From Ramazzottius varieornatus (lineage: Eukaryota; Animalia; Tardigrada), in assembly GCA_001949185.1 (NCBI GenBank), contig BDGG01000002.1:7368448-7432447 (forward strand): a stretch of DNA of 64,000 nucleotides, read 5' to 3'. The notes beneath the pieces were generated by a model. That model did no database searches and was not told where the DNA came from. It saw only the letters and a list, made by a program, of their open reading frames with translations. This document shows positions 37,235 through 49,265 of the stretch, in pieces (positions within the stretch are counted from its first letter, which is position 1; every line of letters begins with the position of its first letter). The translations under genes and the position numbers were made by a program.

Positions 37235-39228
37235 CAAGGGGTTACCGCCAGTCTGTCCACTCTGATCCTCAATCCAATATGACAGCATGATAGAGCAGAG
37301 TTTGCTCCACAAACTGAGATAAACTAAATCGGCGAAATAAAATCCGGGAAGACGCCACAGGAAGCGGAAGTGACGTCAAATTCAGGGCGGATCACCAGTG
37401 TGACAGCAAATCAACTGATTTGATTGCCTGATGGTTGATTTGATATTGATTGAACCAGTTGCGCTTGTACTCTACGCTAAGCCAAGCGCAATCAGTTTTG
37501 CTGTGCCTGTTGCTTCATTGCTCTTACATTCACCGTTCCGTTACTGCGTGATTTCCACTGTCGCCCGAAATGGATTCCGTTAATCCGATGAATGTGTTGA
37601 AGCTTCTGGAGGAGGACTACAAGCAGCTCTTCCAACTGGATGGACAACCGAGCGAGGCTGATAAGCAGTTAGAAGAACTCGTTAAAGGTATTGTACTGTT
37701 GCCGTTTACTATGGCTGACATTGATATGAGATATTCCACCTTTCTGTTTCTGTTTCAGAATTTATGGATAAGCTGAAGGCGCTGCGTTTGGAGACTGGCA
37801 AGCAGTTCTTTCTGGCCAAGCAGAAGCCTCATACTGTGAGGGATATGGATATTCGACGTTGGGCTGTTACTGCGAACCGAACCATTAGCCTGGTAGGTTT
37901 CACGGCGTCTCCGGACTGGGTGGGAAAGTTGAAGAGGTAAACACATTGAAGTATTAAAATGAAATATGTATCATTGCTCACGCAGATCACTTCAACCGAG
38001 AATTTCGCTCACGAGTTACTGCGCCACACTAACGGGGTCAATATTGTAGGTATTGCAGCATCGTCGATCGGAAGATCACCAAGTTCGTGACCGACAAGTA
38101 CATTCAAAAAGCTCCGCAAGTAAAGAAAACTGCGGAGGAGTGTGTCGCCCTTGTCAGATCGAGGATCTCAGATTACGGCTTGGACTGTATGTAGAGCACG
38201 GATCAGTCTGTGTTCGATTACGAGATGAGACCAGGGCGCACACTGCATCTGGCCGGCGCAAAACATGTTCTTGCGATCTGTCAGTCGGAGAACTCCATGA
38301 CGCATAGCTACACGGTTATGATGACCATTTCGCCCGGCACGCGCAAGTTTCTCCCACAACTGTGGATCACTCTCCAGGAGGACAAAGGCGTTTTCGGTCC
38401 TATTGTGGCAAGGACAATGTTTAAAGCTGACAACCTGTATGTCACTGCTTCGGCTTCGGGCAAGATGACAAAGAAGCTCTGCTTGGAATGGTGTGAAAAG
38501 ATTGTTTTCTCATGTGGCAGATCGCTGCATTCTGCTGGCCGATTCGTGGAGAACCTATTCTGACCAGGAAGCTGTTTTGGAATTCAAGCCTGAAGAACTG
38601 GAATACGAAATGATCACGATTCCTCCGAAAGTGACTGGTGATATCCAACCACTGGACAGACTCTTCTTTCGAATGTATAAAGACTTCTTCCGGAAGATCT
38701 CCAGTTTCATCATTTTGCACAGCCTTCCACTTCAAGTTCATCATCGAGACGTAATCCACAAGATGCATTCTTTGGTTTACCAACAGTTTCAGTCTCCCCG
38801 GTTTTGAGACCTAGTGAACCAGGCCTGGCATCTCTGCGGCTATACTGACGAGTCCTTTGACTATGTAAATCCTACCGGATTCTCTTTCCCCAAGAAGTTG
38901 ACTGGTCATTGCGACCATGAAAACTGCGACGACCGGCTTTTGCTTAATTGCGGCTGGTGCAAAGCTCCTCTGCTTCCATCACTTCTACGATCAGTATCAC
39001 CTCTGTAAAATTTATCTTCCATGAGTTCTGTGAAATTTTAGACTGTGCTAGTATAGTTGGTCATGTCATGTCGATGTAAAAATTTGACGTCACTTCCGCT
39101 TCCTGTGGCGTCTTCCCGGATTTTATTTCGCCGATTTAGTTTATCTCAGTTTGTGGAGCAAACTCTGCTCTATCATGCTATCATATTGGTTTGAGGATCA
39201 GAGTGGACAGACTGACGTTAATCCCTTG
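37235..39228 (+). mobile_element. Tc4/Tc5-type (pogo-related DDD) DNA transposon with defective transposase
   Basis: ~148-bp near-perfect TIRs (37235-37382 / 39081-39228) starting CAAGGG; flanks C-TGA|...|TGA-G give a TNA duplication in CTNAG. Transposase motifs TDQSVFDYE, THSYT, LLADSW, IPPKVTGDIQPLD, with stops and frameshifts. Confidence 0.93.
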
Positions 39229-39630
39229 TGAGACAAGCCAGTGTAACTCACCGGCTCCGTTCGACACGATCCTTATTATGTGCCACTGCTTGAAATCCCT
39301 GCAGGGATAAACATTTTTCCAAGTAAGGTTAGTAGGTTTAGTTGAGCAGGAAGTTCTTGGATGAGGAAGCACTGGTGGTATCGCACCAGAAGCCAGACTG
39401 CGTCGTATTTTCACCAGATCTTTACTGGAAAATAAGAATTCGAAACAAAAACTCAAGAGTGCAGTCCTTCAAACTGGTGAAAGTTTACGCTAAGCAGCTC
39501 GTTTGGGTTCTGCAAGAAAAGAAAATAACAAAGCGGCACTTCTGCTGCACCGTGAACATTCTATAAGCTTGTAACACAGAAAGAAGCCCTTTCAGTGGAA
39601 CATCCCCGCTAAAAGCTACCGACTGAACCG

Positions 39631-41392
39631 TTACTGTGTCCCACACTGCACAGCTTGAGGTCGACCGTCTCCTTCATCGTCATCTTCTTCCATGGCGTAC
39701 ATCTGATGCTGGCTGAATTGCCGACCAGCGTGTCGCTGCTGCGCGCTCTCCTTGTACTCTTCCAGGTTGGCTTCTTCGGCATCATCGGGAATGATCACTT
39801 CTTCTCGGGGGGGCAGGCATTTCTCCAGGGCGACGATGCGCTGAGGAGTGAGCTGCTTGGCATCGGGGAACTCCACGACGAACTGGACTATCAGCGAACC
39901 CTTATGGAGTGGATTCTTGTAGGCTGGCATGCCTTCGTTCTGGATCATCTTTGTATCGCCGTACTTGATGACTTGGCCTAAAACAAAATCAATAAATTGA
40001 TTTAGATCAGAAATCGGAGAGCTCCAACAGTCATTACGACGAATCCCAGAATTTTTCGTGGACAAACGAAATAAACCAGCTCTTTGTCACAAGCGGCGCA
40101 TACCTACCGGTCAATAACAACAATAATGTGCGTCACTTGAAGTAAGGACCTGGTTCAAATTATCTGCCCAGGTAAACTGCAGTTTTACCTAAGGAAACCT
40201 ACCGGGCAAGCTTGTTATGAGGAGAGTTCGGCCATCAAGTGTTTTGATCGTCTTTTGAAAGCCACAAAGTGACTCGACTAGCAAGATGTTCATCCTCATC
40301 ATGAGATCGTGGCCTTTCCGGACGAACGTTTCGTGAGGCTGTTCGTCGAGGACTATGATGACGTCTCCAGCTTCCAGACCGGGTTCTTGATCACCTTCGC
40401 CGTTGAACAGGATCTTCTGACCATCCTTCATGCCTGCAAGAAGACCAGACTGATGAAGACAGGAACTCATCGACATTTCGGGTCCGTAAAGCAACGAGAG
40501 CGATTCGTACCTTTGTCGATGTGGACTTCGAGTATTTTTCTATCGCGCGTCACTTTCTTGCCCTGGCATTCCGAACACCTGTCTTTGGGATCGATCTTCT
40601 CGCCCTGCCCATCGCACTCGTTACAGGGCATCTGACTTTGCTGGACGAAGCCAGGAGCGATCTGCTGCATCCGTACTTTGACTCCAGTACCTTTACAGCC
40701 CGAACACTTCTGCAGTTCTTTGCCGTCCTTTCCTCCCTTTCCTGTGCCAAAGCAAGATCAACACAGCTGAAAACCTTGTTGAAGCTGTCAGAAATACGAG
40801 GCCAAAGCAATTCGTACCGTCACACTTCTTGCAGATCACATTCTTTTGGAGAGCCAGACGACGCGTATGTCCGTTGTACAGGTCTTCGAGGCTGACTTTG
40901 ATCTGATGGATAACATCTTTGCCTTTACGAGGACCCCGTTGGCCTCTCCCTCCGCCTCCGAAGAACATGTCAAAGATGTCGAACGGGTTGTGAGCTGTAA
41001 AACAACCAGCCATCAGTACATCAATAACGCTGACGAGGATGACAGGAATGATATTACAGGACAATTCTTACCTTCTCCGCCGCCGCCTTCTTTGAGAGCT
41101 TTCTCCCCGCCTTGATCATAGATCTGTCTCTTCTTGGGGTCGGTGAGAACTTCGTAGGCGAAGGCTATCCTCTTGAACTACAAACGAACCAAAAACTATT
41201 ATTTTCCGATGACAGGAGTGACGAGTTACCGAGATGGGTTTTCGGACATGACGTTCTGACCTTGTCACCAGCTTCAGGATTCTTGTCAGGATGATATTTA
41301 AGGGCTAGTTTCCGGTAAGCCTTCTTCAGCTCGGCTTCCGTCACATCAGGCTTCACGCCCAGCTCATCGTATAATCCCATCTCTTTCACCAT
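39631..41392 (-). CDS. DNAJA1: DnaJ homolog subfamily A (Hsp40 type I), multi-exon
   Basis: J domain with KYHPDKN, G/F region, CxxCxGxG zinc repeats, GMKDGQKI, C-terminal CaaX (CGTQ). Paralogue assignment within DNAJA is tentative. Confidence 0.95.
40090..40139. repeat. Intronic palindrome family copy (DnaJ)
   Basis: caagcggcgcat-N26-gtgcgtcacttg. Confidence 0.82.
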
Positions 41393-41800
41393 GATTGCGG
41401 AGTGTGGAGGGAAGGAGTCACAACCAAAGATCCGCTCGCAGAGACCAGGAATGAGAAGATCTCAGGGCTGGTTTTCCAAAGCTGTTCCTCGATTCAATCC
41501 TGGGAAATCCGTCCGACAGAACAGAACTAATCCGAAGACTGCCGAAACGATAGTCGCGTTGAGGAGAACGATTCTAGAAATTCACGCGAGACACTGAGAC
41601 GAGCCCGTTGCGAATATCTTCAAACGATATCGAGATGTCTCATCAAGCAGAAAGCAAACACAGAACGGTGTACAAAAGTTCACCAATATCTGGTGTCAAC
41701 GAGGTACTTCGGCTTTTATCGCAAGCTACACGATGTCCCCTAACCCATACATATGGAGATGAGTCATACGCACGTAGCTCAGCCAGTTAGCAACGAAAAG

Positions 41801-41815
41801 TTTCTGGAAGGTTCT
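41801..41815. promoter_or_regulatory. Heat-shock element upstream of the DnaJ gene
   Basis: tTTCtgGAAggTTCt is three perfectly spaced inverted nGAAn units, ~410 bp 5' of the ATG; a TTCtaGAA dyad lies at 41572-41579. Confidence 0.6.
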
Positions 41816-42154
41816 CTCGCACGTACACGCATCCTCCTCGTGCATTGATTTGTAGCTTCAACCTCATGAAACATGAATGGATTATGGCGTTATTACGCAA
41901 CGCACTCCATGCTGACAAGATACTCTCTGTCTCTGAAATCTCGCATACCGCTTTAAAAAACTTCAACCTTCCTACGACGAAGACGAGTTGCTCGCCTTCG
42001 TCAAACATTCACTCGGATAAAAACAAGATGATCGCTAGATGGCTAGATCTCGAACCTGAGGAGGCAAGGGTGACAACATGAGTTCTTCGTTCATTTATCC
42101 GCCTGCTACAACTTAAATAACAATATAACTTGCCAAGTCTTACATCAAGAAGTT

Positions 42155-45100
42155 CTAGACATATAATCTGACAGTTCGGTCGGCTCCTGCTGAGAACACC
42201 CAAGGCTGAGTGGGGTGAAACTGAACATCGAGAACATTCAATCCACTTTCCACGTTATGGGCATGTCCTTTAAGCTCCTTCACAGGCACGATGAGAGGGA
42301 ACTGGTTCAGGTCGCTGCAAGAGAAACGTCAGGGTAAAGTAATGAGGTGTGGCGAAAGTTCAGTACGTACTTGTACACCATCCCATGGCTGACGATCACA
42401 GATCCATCATCCGAGCAGGAAGCAAAGAGCGGATACTTCTTATGGAACGTCACTTGACGAACTCCCCTGCTGTGATGTCTCATCGTCTGGTAGGGCTTAT
42501 TGCTGGAATCCAAGTCGAACCAGGATACCCGCCTATCGTAACTTCCCACCAGTACGTTGTCTCCTTTCGGGTGTATAGCCATACAGGAGACGTAGTTGCA
42601 GTTGGGCTCTAGTTTCTTCGACACCGTGTCCAGCTTCTTCAGGTTGTAGATGCGAACTTCGCGTTGCAGCGCCACCAAGATGACTCTCTTGTACGGATCC
42701 TTGTCTGCTGGGTCTTCTTCTTCGTCTTTCTCAGTTTTGACATAATCGTGGAAGAGAACTTTGGTCACAGTTCCAAGCTTCTTCCAAGGCACGTCAGATG
42801 TGAGCTTCGACAGCTGATGCACGATGAGCATGCCAGCAGGTCCTTCTCCCATGATCGTTGCGAAAAAGTCTCCCTTAGGATGCCATGTCAAGTTGGCCAC
42901 TTTCTGCAATAGTGAAAGATTGTGGAAAACGGAGCAGAATGATGAACAAAGATTTCGATGAGCACAAGGTCCAGACCAACCGACTAATTTGCTTTCCCAA
43001 GTGACGCACATTTTCAGCATCTCTGAGTGAAAGCATGCGCCACTTGGGAAAACGTTCTTGCCGAACTTTTATTTTGGATTCTGAACGTTGCAGTTTACCT
43101 TGCTGTGCCGGACTGTGATGCGGAACCCTTGCTTTCGTTCTTCAGGACTGGCTTTGTGGAATGAAGTAATCGCATTCGTGACATCGGAGGATATCACCTT
43201 GTCCAGAAGGTGATCGGTGTTCGAACTGACGAGCTTATTTCCCACTTCCGGGTTCAGAAAATACACGCTACTTCCCCTGTAAACAGATTAGTGTCTTCCC
43301 ACAGAAAAAAATTAACGAATAGTGGAACACTCTACCAGCAGAGGTATGTGAACTTGTATGGATAACTTACGCAGCGACCGCTAGCAGCATCAAGTCTCTC
43401 TTCGGACACCAGCCAACGTATACTACCGGGTCCGGCATGACAAACGTCTTGTAGCATCGACCAGTCGAAACTTCCCATATTCGCGCTGAACAGTCATCCG
43501 AACCTGCGTCGAAACATCATTATTGACGGAGAACAGATGATAACACGTGAGAAAACTTCACGGGTAGTAGTATAGACGAATGCTTTGTATCAGCCTATCA
43601 TCTCGCTGCACACACATAACACCGCTTCCGAGCTGGGACATGAGTATGTAGGTACTCGAACGAAGAATGCGTTTTAGTTATCTTTTGGTTATCTTGCAAA
43701 TAAAAAAGCTCACCAGATGCAAGGAACTGGCCATCTTGATGGACAGAAATTGAGCGAACGATATCGGAATGCCCGAGATATCTCTGGAAGATACACAACA
43801 TTAATACACACGTCAGCACAGAATTCAGATTTGTTTCACCGCCATGTTCCCGTTTTGACTTACGACGGCTTCGGTAGTCGGAAACGGTTGCAAGTCTTTC
43901 GGTTTCGGCAACTTCGGAATCAGATCTTCAGGGTCGACGTTAACTTTCATCTTCCTTTGTCGCGGACACAGGTATAAGTCCAAGCAGCGCTCGAACCTAT
44001 CTTTGATGAAGCGATTCCATGCCGGCAGCAGTCGCAGGGACTTATACTGTCGCGGCATGAAGTCCAGTCTTCTGTCTTCCCGGTCTTCCGCCCTCCATCT
44101 TTGCTTTTCTTTCTCCGTCATGAGATACTCTGCCGGAGGGTTGTACGACTCTGCATGACCCGGAAGTGCGATCTTTGGCGCGCTAATGGCGTTCCTCTTT
44201 CTTGCTCGAGCACTCTTGCTATCTTCGATCTGAAAAAAGAAAGACAAAATCACCTCTCGAAGAATTTGACGCTCTGAGCTTTCTACAGTTTCGCTAAAGA
44301 ACAATTTTGAAATCGGAAAAGTAGTAAGAAATTATAGAGACTGCTTACCGATTCTTCAGGTGTCCATATGGCATAAAACTGTTCTTCTTTTTCTTCGGCT
44401 TCGTCAGTTGGAGTCTTCCAGTCTCGGGCTGGTTTGATCAAGCCCATCTTGATCGCATACACCAGCTTACTGACTTTGTCTTTCTCCAGCAAAGACGGAA
44501 GGAATGAGCGTTTGGACGGTGCTCGCGAACTCAGTGGCGTATCCATAACTTCGTGCGAGAAAATGTCTTCGAACGGTTCATATGCTTCGCCACTTCCGGT
44601 CAGCTTGCCCAGCTGCAGTTTCTGAATGATTTCTAAATCTTGATCGCTCAACACAACGTCCTGCCCCGTAAGCTTGTCCTTCACAGTCTTCCTGTGAGAG
44701 ATTCACTGTGAGAAGCTATCGCATATAAGGAAATATTTTCCGTACACTCACCAGAAGTTCGGATCGTCCATTCGTTTAAGGAATTTGTCGATTTCGTTCG
44801 CCGTTGCAGGCTTGATAATTTTTTCGCCTTGCCAGTCATAGCCAATGTGCGGGTAATCGTTGTACCACTCCATCGGTACGTTACCGACAGTATTCCGAAC
44901 ATCTTCCTCATCACTTGAATCGAAATCGTACTCTTTGGGATCCGCTGCGACTGCGTAGGATGGCATGGACGAGGACGCAAGCTCGCCGTTCTCCTGCAAC
45001 AAAAATATTCAGTATGCCCCGAACCATTTTCACGCAGTGCATAGCATTGGGATTCCACGAACAAAACGGAATTTTCGCTGTCTGAGCAGATCAGAGCACG

Positions 45101-45640
45101 TAGCAGCAAATTTGGTAAATAAATGGACCGGAATGTTGATTGCGACATACCTTCGCAAGTGCTGAATCGTTCGCAGGTTTTGACGCCATCTCCTCGCCAA
45201 TGCCCACCACAGGTTCGTCTGCCTTCTCTTCTTCATCCTCATCCTCATTGTCAGAGCCTTCCTCCTCCACCTCATCCTCATCCTCATCATCATCATCAGA
45301 ATACTCGCTACTCTCGTCGGAGGCATCACTTCCGGTCGCGTTCTCATCTTCGTGGCCACCACCATCCTCGCCATCGATGGGAGATTCTTCCTGATCCCCG
45401 TTATTCTCCTCGTCACTCGCAGGGTGATCCACAAATAAGCTCACCTGTGAACAAGCGGGAACTGGTTACTGGACAATGCGAAGTACAGATCATGGACGTG
45501 AGAAGAGTGCGAGTTTACCATGCTATGAGTTTACTTACGAGATTATCTGCCGCGTCGTCCACAATATCGGCTTTGCGCTGTTGGTCCGAACTTGGCTGCC
45601 GCCTCCTCTTGCTAGCTTTTGAGGGTCTGGATGTCGCCAT
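42155..45640 (-). CDS. BOP1: Ribosome biogenesis protein BOP1/Erb1, multi-exon
   Basis: Acidic N-terminus, [58 protein letters not shown]40 repeats, terminal [14 protein letters not shown]. Confidence 0.97.
42998..43046. repeat. Intronic palindrome family copy (BOP1)
   Basis: caagtgacgcac-N25-atgcgccacttg. Confidence 0.88.
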
Positions 45641-46129
45641 TGCAACTATTTCAACTTCGAAATCTCCGGAAGATCATTTCAGTGGGAAGACCGAAGACAT
45701 AGTAAATCAAGCTTCTGATGCTAATCAAGTGCTGACCGCTAGTGTGCAATCAAGCGAACGCAGCCACACATGTATTGTGACGTACATTATGCGCCACTCA
45801 TTGGGTTCTCCAGTTAGCGCCACTGGGAGGCGCCACGGTACAGAGAACCGGAAGTCCTGTAGAAACGATCCCTTCAAATTCCTGGATTCTCTTCTCACCA
45901 AACTACTCGATTCTTTCACATTGTTTCCGCTGATTTAAGTTGTGTGCACACAAAATCCCGTTCACGAAGACCTGAATGATATCTTTGAAAGCACTCAGTT
46001 TATATGCAAAACGCCGAAGTGGAAATACGGCTCGACTAGCTGCAGGAAAACGCGATACGAAATTTCAAACGAGGTAAAATTAGGTACAGCAAAACCGGCA
46101 GACGAAACTGTACGGACAAAAGTAAGATT

Positions 46130-46625
46130 GGACAGAGACAAGCACATATTTTAACATACGATGTTGAGAACTGCGATGCAGTTTTCCCTGGACTGCATGA
46201 TCTTGTCTCTCACATTCTTGTCGGTAACGGCCACCTTACCTGTACAGGAAAAAAATTACCACCGGAATCCTTGGTCACCATGCTCGGTTAAGATCGGCCA
46301 AAGAACGAAGAGAATAACAATACTCGCCACTGGCAACCTCGTGAGCAAACTGCCCGTCCTCGTCCAGGAACTTCTGAATGGTTCTGTTGATGAGACTATC
46401 GGAACTTCTTGACAGTTTCCAGGACCAGACGCAGCTTGTCGAATGTTCTTTTGCGATGGATCGGTCTTGACGACATCTTGCAGGTATCGGCCAAAGTCCA
46501 GGAGGACTTCCATCATTAAACCGTTCCAGCTGCGCAGAAGTTCCACGTTAGCAGCGTAGTAGGACGTGGTGACTATTGTAGCTTCATCATTCTGCGTCGT
46601 TTGGCTGACGAAATCGTTCGATCTT
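46130..46625 (-). pseudogene. Possible degraded spliced coding relic of unknown family
   Basis: Exon-like stretch after a pyrimidine-rich AG (...NVELLRSWNGLMMEVLLDFGRYLQ...), with frame changes leading into TIQKFLDEDGQF and GKVAVTDKNVRDKI. Confidence 0.25.
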
Positions 46626-46899
46626 TACAAGAAAGGACACAACAATGAACAGAAATTAGCCTTGATCAACTTGATTGATTTAGATACCGGGAAATAAACC
46701 AAACATGTCAAGACTACCCTACTGGTCAAGTGACCTGTGGACTCCAAAGATGAAGATGAAGCCAAAACCAGTGTGGAAGATCGACGATGAAGGAGCAAAG
46801 AAATTCCGTAGAAGCATAGCCTCAGTTGATTAGGGGAGAATATTTGATCTACAGTGCAATGCTGACGCTGCCGTTCCTGCTTTTCAGGATATATTTCTG

Positions 46900-48300
46900 A
46901 AAACTGCCAAAGATTGTTTTCAGCTTAGGTTGATTGGATCCCGACGCCTTCATCGACCCACGCTTTCCGAAACCGCTATTGAGAGTCTGCGGAAATGCCG
47001 TGGTGCAGTCAAGCAATGGAGAAGGACAAAGGATCCGGCTGACCTAGTACGCTGAAGGGGATTAGAGGCTGAAAAGAAGAATTTGCTCCTGAGAGAGAGA
47101 CATCGAAGGCTACGGAACATTGCTACCTCCTCGAGAAGAAATCCGAAGGCCGTATGGAATTTTCTAAAGAAAAATACTGCATCAAACTCCATCCCACCCA
47201 TCCCTATACCTGGAAGCGCCGACAAGTACTTCGCTTACCCGCAAGACAAAGCTGAATTCATCAGCCAGACCTTCGCCAAAGATTACATGGACTGCCCGAA
47301 CCACTGCCTGAACCAAAATTTGCCTCCGCAAGCCTGCAATATCGAACCTCCATGCAAGCCACACTGTCCAGAACTTGTAGTCACCACTTCCGCTGTGCTT
47401 TTCAGTATCCGAAAGCTCGATGTCAACAAAGCTGGCGGTTCATCGCTCATTACGAATCGACTGCTGAAAATAGCTGGCACAACAGTCATCTACCCTCTCA
47501 TGAGACCGTTCAATCTCCTTCTGTCCACGGGCAAATTCCCCACGGCCTCGAAGAAAGATGATGTCGTCTCTGTGCCAAAGAAAGGAGGCTCCGCCTTCCG
47601 ACCGATCTCGCTCCTTCCTCCCCTTTCTAAACTTTTTGAAAAACTTCTAGCAGACCACATTAGCCATTTTATGAACTCAAACAGGTTGTTCTCTGATACT
47701 CAGTTTGGTTTTAGGAAACAACGATCAACGGAGATGCAGTTACTGCAAATGAGCCACAAGTGGATGCAGGTCCTACCCGAACGGAAGGAAGCTGCTATAG
47801 TCTGTTCAAGAGTATCGTGCTGTTCAAGAGTATCGTCCGATCAGTGGTGGATTATGCATCGTCATCATGGCATTTGACAGGAGAAGGTCTTCAGAAGCAG
47901 CTTGAAGGAATTCAGAAAAAGTTCTTAAAGAGCATCCGACTTGGAAAGATGGACGGAAAAGACCAACATGACGGGGACTTTGTCCAATATCGGCAGCACT
48001 TGGCGAAATCAAGCGGGCCTCCCCTTTGGAGAAGACGGCTAGAAGGTATTAAGATAAATGTATTCAAGATCTGGAATGCTACATTTGCAAGAGAAGAGAA
48101 ATGCCAGCCAGAACCACGAGAAGCCAGGCGAAAGAATTTCTACTCGAACCTATCAGTCAAGCTCCCCGGCCATGCAAAATACTGGAAACAGCTTCCTCCT
48201 TTGCATACGTCGGATCTTCTATCCTGAAAGATCCTTTGCTCAATCCCAGTCCACGAGATCTTCTGACTCTGGCGGCTTTTAAAGTGTACTTGTCTCGTTA
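46900..48300 (+). mobile_element. Non-LTR retrotransposon (CR1/L2/Jockey-like) ORF2 fragment, 5'-truncated and internally deleted
   Basis: NPKAVWNFL, FRPISLLPPLSKLFEKLL, QFGFRKQRST, then an abrupt jump to LFKSIVRSVVDYASSSW and LEGIQKKF; the RT catalytic core (PQG, YADD) is absent. Confidence 0.9.
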
Positions 48301-48411
48301 AAACTTCTCAGACTTTAAATGGTGTAAAAAAAATATTGATACTTTGTTGCTGGTTTAAATTGAGATTTGAAAATATTGTCATTGTTGTGTATACCTCCTG
48401 TCTCTTCCGGC

Positions 48412-48846
48412 TAGAGCACGGAATCTCGCCGCATGCGCTGCACTGTACTGCAGCTGTGCTGTGCTGCAGCACAGCTGCAGCGCAGTGAACTGACGAAATT
48501 TGCGCGGCACAGCACAGCATACAGCAGAAAGCCATAGACTACCGCGCAGATGCACCTACCGAAACCTGAAGAAAATTACAATTTTTGGGCATTCGAACGT
48601 CAGCCGTCTCAGCTTTGCCGTACTTTAGGGCAACGTTCTCCAGGTTGACCACGACTTCGCTAACTGAATTGCAAACCACGTCAATACATCGGCGTTCCGC
48701 GCAGTTGCACCAGGTCAACGTGCACCTGCAGCACAGCTGCTTAGCCACTGGGCATGAAAGTTGTGCAGCACAGCACAGCGTCAGCGCCCTGGTAATGTGC
48801 GCAGCACAGTCACAGCGTACTTTTGGACCTGCGGCCCAGTGCTCTA
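48412..48846. mobile_element. 435-bp non-autonomous hAT-type element
   Basis: Termini TAGAGCAC / GTGCTCTA, perfect 8-bp TSD CTTCCGGC (48404-48411, 48847-48854), many subterminal GCACA/CAGCA motifs. Confidence 0.9.
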
Positions 48847-48953
48847 CTTCCGGCATTCTCGCCAAACTTTCAAACTTTTGTCTCCAAACGATAAGCCTGG
48901 CTTCTCACTGACAAATAAAGGTAATTAACCTACAGTACAGACAATGTACAGTA

Positions 48954-49265
48954 CGAGGTAAACGACATAATTCGGGCATAGAGGGTTTCCAATCGTAATT
49001 CGGGCATATTTTTTCTCAGCTCTTGCTGCGCGTAATGAACTGCTTCTTGTTTCCTGAGGTAGATCGGTCCCTCTCCTCGAGGTTTCAATAGGTTTGAGAA
49101 CGATAAAGTGTTGTGGAGCACGGGAATTTGGCCGGGCATGGAGATGGGTCTGTCTAATGTCAAAAAGCCTAATGTTGTTTCAACATACGTACGATCAGGG
49201 ATGAATCAAGCGCTGAAGGTAATGTTCAAACCTTTTGCGCTGCCCGAATTATGTCGTTTACCTCG
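48954..49265. mobile_element. 312-bp mariner-type MITE
   Basis: Perfect 25-bp TIR cgaggtaaacgacataattcgggca, flanked by TA on both sides. Confidence 0.9.

Noticed and set aside
45123-45938. 271-aa His/Pro-rich plus-strand ORF
   Set aside because: It is the antisense shadow of the Asp/Glu-rich BOP1 N-terminus.
46161-46412. Small ORF with a signal-peptide-like start
   Set aside because: Only 83 aa, no motif, and it overlaps a more coding-like minus-strand relic.
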